Shown: positions 9,747 through 19,291 of the stretch, piece after piece
How the letters are laid out: each line of letters opens with the position of its first letter
How positions within the stretch are numbered: position 1 is the first letter of the stretch
Assembly (NCBI GenBank): GCA_963850325.1
Contig: CAWKLB010000006.1
Coordinates: 91,136-155,135, forward strand
Source: an uncultured Actinomycetota bacterium
Lineage (GTDB): Bacteria; Actinomycetota; Thermoleophilia; Solirubrobacterales; Solirubrobacteraceae
Direction of reading: 5' to 3'
Length of the DNA: 64,000 bases
Program-made: the position numbers and the translations under genes
Notes under the pieces: model-generated
Told to the model about the DNA's origin: nothing
The model's input: the letters and a program-made list of their open reading frames with translations, nothing else
Database searches by the model: none

Positions 9747-10229
9747 ATGAGCAGCACTGTGAAGGTCCGCCTGACCGTGAACGGGAGCGGGCACGAGATC
9801 GAGGTCGAGCCCCGACTGCTGCTTGTCCATGCGCTGCGCGACACGCTCGGGCTGACCGGGACCCATGTCGGTTGCGACACGTCCAACTGTGGAGCGTGCA
9901 CCGTTCACATGAACGGCGAGGCGGTCAAGTCGTGCACCGTCCTGGCCGTCCAGGCCGAGGACGCCGAGATCACCACGATCGAGGGCATGGGCACCGAGGA
10001 CAACCTCCACCCGATGCAGGAGGCGTTCTGGAACAACCACGGCCTGCAGTGCGGCTACTGCACCCCCGGGATGATCATGTCCGCCTCCGCGCTGCTGGCG
10101 CGCAATCCGAACCCCACCGAGGACGAGGTCCGCCACGGGTTGGAGGGCAACCTCTGTCGCTGCACCGGCTACCACAACATCGTCAAGTCAGTCCTGGACG
10201 CCGCCTCCAAGATAGGGGCGCAGGCATGA
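9747..10229 (+). CDS. (2Fe-2S) small subunit of a xanthine/CO dehydrogenase-family enzyme (CoxS-like)
   Basis: [10 protein letters not shown] and QCGYCTPG...CRCTGY motifs; GGAGG RBS before ATG 9747. Confidence 0.93.
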   Translation: MSSTVKVRLTVNGSGHEIEVEPRLLLVHALRDTLGLTGTHVGCDTSNCGACTVHMNGEAVKSCTVLAVQAEDAEITTIEGMGTEDNLHPMQEAFWNNHGLQCGYCTPGMIMSASALLARNPNPTEDEVRHGLEGNLCRCTGYHNIVKSVLDAASKIGAQA

Positions 10230-12610
10230 GCGTCACCGATGCCGCGCCCGCCGGCCACGTCGGCCGCGAGCTGCGCCGCAAGGAGGATCCCCCGCTCATC
10301 ACCGGGCGCGCCCTCTACGTCGATGACATCTCGCTGCCGGGCCAGCTGTGGGCGGCGTTCGTGCGCTCGCCCGAGGCGCACGCCACGGTCGTCTCGATCG
10401 ACACCTCCGCGGCGGCGGCCCGCGACGGCGTCCGCGCCGTGTTCACCGGCGAGGACATGTCCGACCTCGGAGGCCCGCTGCCGATGGCGTGGGTGCCGCC
10501 AGGCGTCGAGGTCAACAACCCCGAGCACTGGCCCCTGGTCCGCGGCGTCGTCAAGCACGTCGGCGACCCGGTGGCGGTGGTGGTCGGCGACGACCGCTAC
10601 GCGGTGAGCGATGCCGTCGAGGACGTCATCGTGGAGTACGAGCCGCTGCCCGCGGTCATCGACCCCGAGGTCGCCGTCGCCGGCGCGCCGTACGTCCACG
10701 ACCAGTTCGGCACCAACAAGGTCCACGAGTGGACGCTGGCCGGCGGCGACGTCGAGGCGGGGTTCGCCGAGGCCGACGTCATCGTGGAGCGGCGGGTCGT
10801 CAACCACCGCATCGCCGGGGCCCCGATCGAATGCCGGGGGGTGCTGGCCGACTACCGGGCCGGCTCGCTGACCCTCTACACCTCGACGCAGGTGCCGCAC
10901 TTCGTGCGCCTGTTCATGGCCCTCCTGTTGGGTCTCGGCGAGGATCACGTGCGCGTCATCGCGCCCGAGGTGGGCGGCGGCTTCGGCCAGAAGCTCCAGG
11001 TCTACGGCGAGGAGTTGTTCGCCTGCTGGGCGTCACGCAAGCTCGGGCACCCGGTCAAGTGGATCGAGTCGCGCTCGGAGAACCTCTCGGTGGCCCACCA
11101 GGGCCGCGATCAGATCTCGCACGTGAAGATGGGCGCCAAGCGCGACGGCACCATCACCGCCTTCCACGTCAAGATCCTGGCCGACTTCGGCGCCTACAAC
11201 ATGATCCTGACCCCGCTGATCCCGTCGCTGGGGGCGTTCGTGATGGGCGGTTGTTACAAGATCCCCAACGTCCAGACCGACATCACCGGGGTGTTCACCA
11301 ACAAGTGCCCCACCGACGCCATCCGCGGCGCCGGCCGGCCCGAGGCGACGCAGATGATCGAGGTCACGCTCGATCAGCTCGCCCACGAGCTGGGGATGGA
11401 TCCGCTGGAGGTCCGCCGCAAGAACTTCATCCCCAAGGAGGACTTCCCGGCGGAGGTCGCCACCGGCGTCATCTATGACTCCGGCGACTATCACAAGACG
11501 CTCGACAAGCTGATGGAGCACGTCGATGTCGCCGCGTTCCGGGCAGAGCAGGAGGAGCTGCGTTCGAAGGGCATCTACCGCGGGATCGGCTTCTGCACGT
11601 GGACCGAGATCTGCGGTCTGGCGCCGAGCCGGATCACCGGGCCCGCCGGGGTCGGGGTGCAGGCCGGGCTATGGGAGTCGGCGATGATCCGCGTCCACAA
11701 CACCGGCGCGGTCACCGTCTATACGGGCACGTCCCCGCACGGGCAGGGCCTGGAAACCGCGATGGCCCAGATCGTGGCCGACAAGCTCGGCGTCGATCCC
11801 TCGGTGGTGGAGGTCATCCACGGGGACACGTCCATGGGGCCCGAGGGGCGCAACACCTACGGGTCGCGCTCGCTGGCCACCGGCGGCGAGGCGGTGGCCA
11901 AGGCCACCGACAAGGTGGTGGCCAAGGCCAAGTCGATCGTGGCCGCCGAGTTGGAGGCCGCGCCCGAGGACATCGAGGTCGCCGACGGGAAGTTCTCGGT
12001 CCGGGGATCCCCGGACAAGGGGTTGGCGCTGGCCGATGTGGCCGGCATCGCCTACATCGGCGCGGTCCCGGAGGGGATGGAGCCGGGCCTGGAGGAGACC
12101 ACCTTCTATGACCCGGAGAACTTCGTGTTCCCGTTCGGCGCACACGCGTGCGTCGTCGACGTCGACCCGGAGACGGGCAAGGTCAAGGTGGTGCGCTACG
12201 TGGCGGTCGACGACTGCGGCCGGGCCATCAACCCGATGCTGATCGACGGCCAGATCCACGGCGGCGTGGTCTATGGCATCGGCCAGGCGCTCTACGAGCG
12301 GGTCTACTACGACGGCGACGGCCAGCTGACCACCGGCACCTTCGTCAACTACGCCATCCCGACGGCGGCCGAGATGCCGTCGTTCGAGACCGACCGGACT
12401 GAGACCCCCTCGCCGGTCAACTCGCTGGGCGCCAAGGGCGTCGGCGAGGCCGGCACGATCGCCGCCTCGGCGGCGGTGACCAATGCCGTCATCGACGCCA
12501 TACGACCGCTCGGCGTCGATTACATCAACATGCCGCTCAGCCCGATGCGGATCTGGGAGGCCATCAACCAAGGACAGGGCGCGAGCCCGGAGGGAGGCGC
12601 GCAGTCATGA
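10226..12610 (+). CDS. Molybdopterin-binding large subunit, xanthine dehydrogenase family (form II CoxL-like)
   Basis: [24 protein letters not shown] active-site loop, KGVGEAG; ATGA overlap with the small subunit. Confidence 0.92.
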   Translation: MSVTDAAPAGHVGRELRRKEDPPLITGRALYVDDISLPGQLWAAFVRSPEAHATVVSIDTSAAAARDGVRAVFTGEDMSDLGGPLPMAWVPPGVEVNNPEHWPLVRGVVKHVGDPVAVVVGDDRYAVSDAVEDVIVEYEPLPAVIDPEVAVAGAPYVHDQFGTNKVHEWTLAGGDVEAGFAEADVIVERRVVNHRIAGAPIECRGVLADYRAGSLTLYTSTQVPHFVRLFMALLLGLGEDHVRVIAPEVGGGFGQKLQVYGEELFACWASRKLGHPVKWIESRSENLSVAHQGRDQISHVKMGAKRDGTITAFHVKILADFGAYNMILTPLIPSLGAFVMGGCYKIPNVQTDITGVFTNKCPTDAIRGAGRPEATQMIEVTLDQLAHELGMDPLEVRRKNFIPKEDFPAEVATGVIYDSGDYHKTLDKLMEHVDVAAFRAEQEELRSKGIYRGIGFCTWTEICGLAPSRITGPAGVGVQAGLWESAMIRVHNTGAVTVYTGTSPHGQGLETAMAQIVADKLGVDPSVVEVIHGDTSMGPEGRNTYGSRSLATGGEAVAKATDKVVAKAKSIVAAELEAAPEDIEVADGKFSVRGSPDKGLALADVAGIAYIGAVPEGMEPGLEETTFYDPENFVFPFGAHACVVDVDPETGKVKVVRYVAVDDCGRAINPMLIDGQIHGGVVYGIGQALYERVYYDGDGQLTTGTFVNYAIPTAAEMPSFETDRTETPSPVNSLGAKGVGEAGTIAASAAVTNAVIDAIRPLGVDYINMPLSPMRIWEAINQGQGASPEGGAQS

Positions 12611-13449
12611 TCCCCGCCGAGTTCGAGTACACGGCACCCGAGTCGCTCCAGGACGCCATCGCGGCGCTGGTGGACGGCGGCGAGGACGCCAAGCTGATTG
12701 CGGGCGGTCACTCGCTCATTCCCATGATGAAGCTCCGTGTGGCGGCGCCGTCGCTGCTCGTGGACCTGCGCAAGGTCCCGGGGCTGCACGGCGTGGAGCG
12801 CCAGAACGGCCACTGGCGCGTCGGCGCGCTCACCACGCACTCGGTGCTGGAGAAGACTCCTGAGCTGGGCGTCGTCTCCGCGGTCGCCGCGACGATCGCC
12901 GACATGCAGGTGCGCAACCGTGGCACGATCGGCGGCTCCCTGGCCCACGGCGACGCCGCGTCAGACCTGCCGGCGGCGATGCTCATCACCGAGGCCGAGG
13001 TCACCCTCCAGGGTCCCGATGGCCAGCGCTCGGTGGCGGCCGCCGACCTGTTCAAGGGCTACATGACCACCGAGGTGGGCGAGCAGGAGGTGCTCACCGA
13101 GATCCGGATCCCGGCGCTCGAGGGCTGGGGCTACGGCCACCAGAAGTTCAACCGTCGCTCCGAGGACTGGGCGATGGTGGGCGTGTGCGCCGTGGTCAAG
13201 TCCTCGGGAGGCACCTGCGAGGACGTCCGAATCGGTCTGACCCACATGGGCTCGGTCCCGCTGCGGGCGACCGCGGCCGAGGAGGCCCTGCGCGGCCAGG
13301 AACTGTCGGCCGAGAACATCGCCAAGGCGGCCGAGCAGGCCGCCGAGGGGACCAACCCACCGGCGGATCTGAACGCCTCGGCGGACTACAAGCGCCATCT
13401 GGCGCGGGTGCTGACCCGGCGCGCGATCCAGGACGCAATTGGCGGATAA
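12607..13449 (+). CDS. FAD-binding medium subunit (CoxM-like)
   Basis: AKLIAGGHSL, QVRNRGTIGGSLAHGD. Confidence 0.93.
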   Translation: MIPAEFEYTAPESLQDAIAALVDGGEDAKLIAGGHSLIPMMKLRVAAPSLLVDLRKVPGLHGVERQNGHWRVGALTTHSVLEKTPELGVVSAVAATIADMQVRNRGTIGGSLAHGDAASDLPAAMLITEAEVTLQGPDGQRSVAAADLFKGYMTTEVGEQEVLTEIRIPALEGWGYGHQKFNRRSEDWAMVGVCAVVKSSGGTCEDVRIGLTHMGSVPLRATAAEEALRGQELSAENIAKAAEQAAEGTNPPADLNASADYKRHLARVLTRRAIQDAIGG

Positions 13450-13604
13450 GAGGGCACGTCAGATTATTGACGGCTTGTGCGGCCACCCCGCGGCGCCAGA
13501 CACCACCCGCTCGCTCGCAATAGCTCGCTATTGCTGCGCTCCCGTGCGGCGCCTGGCATCCACGGGTCGGCCACCCAACTCCGCCACTAATCAGACGTGA
13601 CCTC
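13450..13604. mobile_element. 155-bp MITE-like element with 17-bp imperfect TIRs and flanking TAA direct repeats
   Basis: Left GAGGGCACGTCAGATTA vs reverse complement of right end GAGGTCACGTCTGATTA (15/17); TAA at 13447-13449 and 13605-13607; internal hairpin GCAATAGC-TC-GCTATTGC. Confidence 0.7.
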
Positions 13605-14478
13605 TAACATCGAGGACAAGGTGACGCTCGCGGCGCTTCAGTCAGTACGAGCCGCGAGCGAAGTCCTCGCGGGACAGGGATATCTGGCGGATCGCCCGCT
13701 GGCGATGGCCGTCCACCTTGCCGTCGTGCTCGAGCAGCCACTGCTGCTGGAGGGCGAGGCCGGGGTGGGCAAGACCGAGGTGGCCCGCGCGCTGTCGTCG
13801 GCGATCGGCGCCAGGCTCATCCGCCTGCAGTGCCACGAGGGCATCGACCTGCACCACGCGGTCTATGACTGGGACTACTCGCGCCAGCTCCTGGCCCTGC
13901 GCGCCTCAGAGCAGGGTGTCGACGAGGGAGAGCTCTTCTCCCGGCGCTTTCTCCTGCGGCGTCCGCTGCTGGAGGCTCTGGAGTCCGATGACTCGAGGCC
14001 GGTGGTGCTGCTCATCGACGAGATCGACCGCGCCGACGACGAGTTCGAGGCCTTCCTGCTGGAGTTCCTCTCGGACTTCGCGGTGACGATCCCGGAGCTG
14101 GGGACGATCACCGCGGCGCGGCGCCCGATCGTCCTCTTGACGTCCAACCGGACTCGCGAGCTGCACGACGCTCTGAAACGGCGGTGCCTCTACCACTGGA
14201 TCGACTATCCCAGCCCCGAACGCGAGCGGGCGATCGTCGAGGCGCGCCTGCCCGGCGTCCCCGAGGAGATCGCCGCGCGGGTGGTGGAGGCGGTGTCGCG
14301 GCTGCGCGACCAGGGCGACCTCTACAAGCTCCCGGGCGTGGGGGAGACGATCGTGTGGGCCCAGGCGCTGCTCGCCCTGGGCGACGAGGCCTCGCTGGAC
14401 GACACGCTCGGCGTCGCGCTCAAGGTCCACGAGGACGTGCTGCGGGTGCGCGAGCGAGGGGTGCTGGAGGGTGTCTGA
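13597..14478 (+). CDS. MoxR-family AAA+ ATPase (CoxD-like); real start may be GTG 13621
   Basis: GEAGVGKT Walker A, LLIDEIDRAD Walker B, ALKRRCLYHW. Confidence 0.92.
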   Translation: MTSNIEDKVTLAALQSVRAASEVLAGQGYLADRPLAMAVHLAVVLEQPLLLEGEAGVGKTEVARALSSAIGARLIRLQCHEGIDLHHAVYDWDYSRQLLALRASEQGVDEGELFSRRFLLRRPLLEALESDDSRPVVLLIDEIDRADDEFEAFLLEFLSDFAVTIPELGTITAARRPIVLLTSNRTRELHDALKRRCLYHWIDYPSPERERAIVEARLPGVPEEIAARVVEAVSRLRDQGDLYKLPGVGETIVWAQALLALGDEASLDDTLGVALKVHEDVLRVRERGVLEGV

Positions 14479-15628
14479 CGGACCGGCGGCCGGTGAGTTG
14501 CTCGAGCCGTTGGTGGAGGGGATGGTGGACAAGCTGGGCGATCTCACCGCCGTGCTGCGCGCCCAGGGCACGCGCGTGGGGGTGGGGGAGCTGCTGAGTG
14601 CGATGCGCTCGCTGGAGGCTGTGGACTGCGCCTCCAGGGATGAGGTCCGACTCGCGCTGCGGACCGTGCTGTGCTCCCAGCATGCCGACCTGGAGCGCTT
14701 TGACCTCGCGTTTGTCGCGGTCTACGGCGACGGGCGGGTGCCTTTGGATGACGAGGTGGACCCGCTGGGGGCGCTCGGCCACATCCAGCGCCCGGCGCCG
14801 ATGATGGGCCTCGCCGACCCGGGCGCCGGTGTGGCGGAGGAGGACTCTGAGATCGTCCCGGCCGCCTGGAGTGACATGGAGCTGCTGCGCGAGAAGGACT
14901 TCGCGCGCTACACCGAGGCCGAGATGGCGCTCGCCCGCGAGCTCATCCTGCGGCTCGCCCGCCGCCATCCGATGCGGCTGTCGCGGCGGACGCGGCCCTC
15001 GCGCCGGCGCGAGCACGTGCCCGACCTGCGCGCCACCGTCCACCAGTCGCTGCGCACTGCCGGCGAACCGCTGCACCGGCGCTGGCGCGCGCCCACCCGA
15101 CGCCCGCGCCAGGTGGTGCTGGTCTGCGACGTGTCGGGCTCGATGGCTCCGTACTCCCGCATGCTGTTGCAGTACATGCACGCCTCGGTGGCGGCCCAGC
15201 GCCGGGTAGAGGCGTTCGCCTTCGGCACGCGGCTGACCCGGATCACCCAGGAGCTGGCTGGGCGCGATCACGACCGCGCGCTGGACCGTGCCACCGCCGC
15301 GGTCTCCGACTTCTCGGGGGGCACGCGGATCGGAGCCGCCATCGCCGAGCTCAACCGCGTCCACGGCAGGCGGATCGGCCGCGGGGCGGTGGTCATCGTG
15401 CTCTCCGACGGCTGGGACCGCGGCGAGCCCGAGCAGCTCGACGTCGAGATGGCCCGGCTGCGCCGGGCCGCCTACCGGCTCGTCTGGCTCAACCCGCTGG
15501 CCGCGCATCCGGACTACCAGCCGCTGGCGCGCGGGATGCAGGCCGCGGTGCCGCATACCGACCGGCTGCTCGCCGGCAACTCGCTGGCGTCCCTGGAGGA
15601 GCTGGCGACGATTCTGGAGGAGATGTAG
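14471..15628 (+). CDS. vWA-domain protein (CoxE-like)
   Basis: CDVSGSM MIDAS motif, FSGGTRIG, LSDGWD, WLNP. Confidence 0.92.
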   Translation: MSDGPAAGELLEPLVEGMVDKLGDLTAVLRAQGTRVGVGELLSAMRSLEAVDCASRDEVRLALRTVLCSQHADLERFDLAFVAVYGDGRVPLDDEVDPLGALGHIQRPAPMMGLADPGAGVAEEDSEIVPAAWSDMELLREKDFARYTEAEMALARELILRLARRHPMRLSRRTRPSRRREHVPDLRATVHQSLRTAGEPLHRRWRAPTRRPRQVVLVCDVSGSMAPYSRMLLQYMHASVAAQRRVEAFAFGTRLTRITQELAGRDHDRALDRATAAVSDFSGGTRIGAAIAELNRVHGRRIGRGAVVIVLSDGWDRGEPEQLDVEMARLRRAAYRLVWLNPLAAHPDYQPLARGMQAAVPHTDRLLAGNSLASLEELATILEEM

Positions 15629-15633
15629 CGCTG

Positions 15634-16218
15634 ATGGATGCCGAATGGGTGGCCACGTCTGAACTGCATGGGCCGGCGTTCGAGGCGGTCTCGGATCCGC
15701 CGCCGCGGCTGGTGCTGGTCGGCGCGGTCGAGCTGGCGGCCGCTTTGTCCCGGTTGGCGCGGGCCATCGGCTGGCGCTCGGCGGTGGTGGACCCGCGTTC
15801 GGAGTATTTGCTGCGTGAGCGCTTCCCCGACGCCGATGAGCTGATCGACGCGTGGCCCGACGAGGCGTTCTCGCGCCTGGGCGGCATCTCTCCGTCGACC
15901 GCCGTGGCCGTGCTGACGCATGATCCGGTGCTCGACGACCCGGCGCTGGACATCGCGCTGCGGTCTCCGGCGATGTTCGTCGGAGCGATGGGGTCGCGGC
16001 GCACCCAGGATCGGCGACGGGTGCGTTTGATGGAGGAGCGCGGTCTCAGCGAGGACGAGCTGGGGCGGCTGTCGGGCCCGATCGGCTTGGACCTGGGCGC
16101 CCGCACCGCGATGGAGACGGCGATGTCCATCCTGGGCGAGATCGTGGCGGTCGCCAATGGGCGCGACGGCGGGCGGCTGCGCGCCGGCGAGGGGTCCATC
16201 CGGGAGGCCCGCGCGTAG
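15634..16218 (+). CDS. XdhC-family Moco chaperone, C-terminal Rossmann part only
   Basis: VLTHDP, GAMGSRRT, GPIGLDLGARTAMETAMSILGEI; only 194 aa. Confidence 0.82.
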   Translation: MDAEWVATSELHGPAFEAVSDPPPRLVLVGAVELAAALSRLARAIGWRSAVVDPRSEYLLRERFPDADELIDAWPDEAFSRLGGISPSTAVAVLTHDPVLDDPALDIALRSPAMFVGAMGSRRTQDRRRVRLMEERGLSEDELGRLSGPIGLDLGARTAMETAMSILGEIVAVANGRDGGRLRAGEGSIREARA

Positions 16219-16824
16219 ATGTCGGTTGCGGGGCTTGTCCTGGCCGCGGGAGGGGGGACGCGGTTCGGCGCCTCGCCCAAGCAGCTGGCCGATTTCCACG
16301 GCCGCCCGTTGCTGGAGTGGGCGGTGCGGGCGCAGTGCGACGTGGCCGAGCTGTCGCGGGTGGTGGTGGTGTTGGGTTCCCAGGCTGAGGCGATCCGGGA
16401 GGGCGTCCGGTTCGGCCGGGCTGAGACGGTGGTCTGCGAGGAATGGGAGTCCGGTCAGGCGTGGTCGCTGCGCTGTGGGGTAGCGGCGCTTAGGGGCGGG
16501 AGCCCGTCGATCTCGAAGCTGATCGTGACGCTCGGGGACGCGCCGCTGGTGACCCCCGAGGTCATCCGCATGTTCGTCGGGCAGCCGCCGCGGGCGCGGG
16601 CGGTGTACGGTGGCCGGCCGGGGCACCCGGTGGTGCTCGGTCCTGAGGAGATCACGGCGCTGACCTTGCCGGCCTCGCCAGCCTCGCCGGTCGGCGACGA
16701 GGGCGCTCGAGGTTTGCTCCGTGGCGGATCGCAGGTGGAGGTCGGACACCTATGCTCCGGGCGCGACGTCGATACCCCTGAAGACCTGGAGGAGGTCCGC
16801 GATGAAGCTAGAGCAGTCATTTGA
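16219..16824 (+). CDS. Molybdenum cofactor cytidylyltransferase-like nucleotidyltransferase (MocA-like)
   Basis: LVLAAGGGTRFG..K, LGDAP, GHPVV, DVDTPED. Confidence 0.88.
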   Translation: MSVAGLVLAAGGGTRFGASPKQLADFHGRPLLEWAVRAQCDVAELSRVVVVLGSQAEAIREGVRFGRAETVVCEEWESGQAWSLRCGVAALRGGSPSISKLIVTLGDAPLVTPEVIRMFVGQPPRARAVYGGRPGHPVVLGPEEITALTLPASPASPVGDEGARGLLRGGSQVEVGHLCSGRDVDTPEDLEEVRDEARAVI

Positions 16825-18143
16825 GGTCGCCGCACCGCCGGACCGGGTGTGGGCCGCGCTGATCGACGTCGAGAAGGCCGCCCCCTGCCTGCCGGGCGCC
16901 GAGATCGCTGGACGCAACGACGACGGCACCTACAACGGCAGCTTCCGGGTGAAGATCGGGCCGACGGCCGCCGCCTACGTCGGCACGCTCGAGATTGAGA
17001 ACGTCGACGAGGCCTCGCGCTCGGCGACCATGAAGGCCGCCGGCACCGACCGGCGCGGCCAGGGCGGCGCCAAGGCGACGATCGCCTCGTCGGTGAAGGA
17101 GGGCGCGCCGGGCACGAGTGTGGTCGAGGTCTTGACCGAGTACAGCATCACCGGCCGTCTGGCCCGCTTCGGGCGCGGCGGGATGATCGAGGAGATCGGC
17201 AACCGGCTGCTCACGGAGTTCGCCGCATCGCTGCAGGCGCTGCTGGCCGGGCCCGGGGAGTACGAGACCTTCGTCGGGATGCCCGCGGTTGGGGCTGCGG
17301 ACGCGGCGGGCGAGGCTGACAAGCGCAAGCGCAAGCCCCGCAAGGACCTGGCGGCCGCGGCGGATGCGGTGGCGGCGGCGGCGCAGCCGGGGGTGCCGGA
17401 GGCTGAGCCGGTGGCTGCGGAGCCGGTTGCGGAGGCGGAGCCGGTGGTGGAGGCGGAGCCGGCCGTGGAGGCGGAGCCGGCCGTGGAGGCGGAGCCCGGC
17501 GTTGAGGATCTGCCCGACCTGGCGGTCGAGGCCGCGGCCGAGGAGGAGCTCAGCGCGGTCATGCCGGAGGCCTCCGTGGAGTCCCAGCCCCCGGCGGCCG
17601 AGGTGCCCCAGCCCCCGAGCGAGCCGGAAGTGGTGCCGCCCGCGCCCGAGCCGGAAGTGGTCCCGCCCGCGCCCGAGCCGGAAGTGGCCCCGCCCGCGCC
17701 CGAGCCGGAAGTGGCCCCGCCCGCGCCCGAGCCGGTGCCCTCTGAGCCGGCGCCGCCCGCGCCCGAGGTTGTGCCGCCTGCGCCCGAGCCGGAGGTTGTG
17801 CCGCCTGCGCCGGAGGTTGTGCCGCCTGAGCCGGAGCCCGCGCCCGAGCCGCCGACCCCCGAGCCGCCACCGCCACCGCCCACCCCGGAGCCGCCACCGC
17901 CGCCGCGCCCCGGAGCCGCCACCGCCACCGCCCGCCCCGGAGCCGCCACCGCCACCGCCCGCCCCGGAGCCGCCACCGCCGCCACCACCGCCACCGCCGC
18001 CGCCGGCCGCCGACGCGGAGCCGCTCAACGGCCTGGCCCTGGTCCGAACGGTCATCGTGGACCGCATCAAGAGCAACCCGGTCCCGGTGGTCGCGCTGCT
18101 GCTGGCGTTCCTGCTCCTGCGCCGCCGGCGCCGGCGCGGCTAG
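16802..18143 (+). pseudogene. CoxG-like SRPBCC protein with Pro/Glu-rich linker and C-terminal membrane anchor, frameshifted near 17905
   Basis: MKLEQSFEVAAPPDRVW...PCLPGA N-terminus; PEPPPPPPA repeats and the PVPVVALLLAFLLLRRRRRRG anchor continue in another frame ending at 18143. Confidence 0.75.
17400..18010 (+). repeat. Intragenic tandem repeats: ~18-bp EAEPAV units, 27-bp EPEVVPPAP units, 27-bp PEPPPPPPA units
   Basis: Visible in DNA and protein. Confidence 0.85.
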
Positions 18144-19075
18144 AGCCCGCCGCGGCGCGCAAGCGCCCGCGTGATGTCGACAACGAGGCTGTGGGAGCGC
18201 TCCCCGATCTCGGTGTCGACGATGCGCATGACCTCGATGTCGGCGCGCCGGAGAGCGTTGTCCTTGCGGCGGTCGCGTTGAAAGCGGTAGCGGGACGAGT
18301 GGAACCCATAGCTGTCGACTTCGAGGACGAAGCGCGCTTCGGGCCAGTAGAAGTCGAGCTTCCACTGCCCGAATGGCGCATTGACCTGGGGCGCTGGGAG
18401 CCCCGCTCGCTGGATCAGGGCCAGCATCTGCTCCTCAGGCGGAGACGACGTGACCGTGGTCCCGCCACCTTCGCGGTCCATGAGCGCTGCGAGCCGCGCA
18501 CGACCGAGGTGACCGCCAGCGCGGTCCAAAACGTCACGGACGTGCGCTGGCCTCAGGGTCTTCTCCACGATCCCACGGTCGAAGGCGAGCTCGAGCTGAC
18601 GAGCGGTGGCGGTGACGGCAATGTCGAGAAGCGTGCGAGCCGGCGAGGTGACCGGGAGGCCTCTGCGGATCCACACATCCCGGCTTTCGAGGATGCCGCT
18701 GCGGTGGACCCGGACCCCAGGGTTGGCCGCCGCCGGCGCGTCGTCGACGGTGACCTCTATCACTGTCGGCGCGGGCATCCACAGCCCCAGCAATGCCGCC
18801 GCCGACCAATGGCTCAGAGCCGCGCCATCGCGCACCGACAGGAGCGCCTCGGTCTCCCGGCCAAACTCGGTTGGCGCATCGTGGCCCACACAAAAGACGC
18901 ATCGAAGGGAGCGCAACAGGCGGCCCCTCGCCACCAGCCAGGAGATGCTGGCGCGGGACACTCCGATCGCACGGAGTTGGCGCGACGCGATCCGCCCACG
19001 CTGGTGGCGGGCGACCGCTGCAATTCGCTCGTCTCGAGAGCCTGAGATTGAACGCTCAGAACGCACACCGAGCAC
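18140..19075 (-). CDS. AbiEi-like N-terminus plus DUF559 (Vsr-like endonuclease) protein
   Basis: DERIAAVARHQRG...QL; ALSHWSAAALLGL; PVTSPARTLLD; PQVNA...LDFYWPEARFVLEVDSYGFH...DRRKDNAL; start uncertain. Confidence 0.85.
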   Translation of the reverse strand: MLGVRSERSISGSRDERIAAVARHQRGRIASRQLRAIGVSRASISWLVARGRLLRSLRCVFCVGHDAPTEFGRETEALLSVRDGAALSHWSAAALLGLWMPAPTVIEVTVDDAPAAANPGVRVHRSGILESRDVWIRRGLPVTSPARTLLDIAVTATARQLELAFDRGIVEKTLRPAHVRDVLDRAGGHLGRARLAALMDREGGGTTVTSSPPEEQMLALIQRAGLPAPQVNAPFGQWKLDFYWPEARFVLEVDSYGFHSSRYRFQRDRRKDNALRRADIEVMRIVDTEIGERSHSLVVDITRALARRGGL

Positions 19076-19291
19076 TCTGACGCGGTGCGATCCCAAATCC
19101 GAGTCCTGTTGAACGGAGAGATCGCGCCCTCCATTGGCGGAAGGCGTGCGATCTACACGTTCAGGATCCGAGGGCACGCAGCGAGTGTGACTGCGGCGAC
19201 CGTGCGCAACCCCTCCCAAGCCCGCCGTTTTCACGCTTTCGTGACACACGCACGAAAGCCGTCACACATCACCGCCCCGCCGGCGATCGCG

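Noticed and set aside
10226-12610. Bona fide CO dehydrogenase (form I coxL)
   Set aside because: The loop is AIRGAGR, not AYXCSFR, and the gene order is S-L-M
16721-19045. 774-aa CoxG fusion ORF
   Set aside because: After ~17905 it is off-frame low-complexity sequence and then antisense to the DUF559 gene; better explained as frameshifted coxG
18140-19075. Type IV toxin-antitoxin (AbiE) system
   Set aside because: No AbiEii nucleotidyltransferase toxin is adjacent
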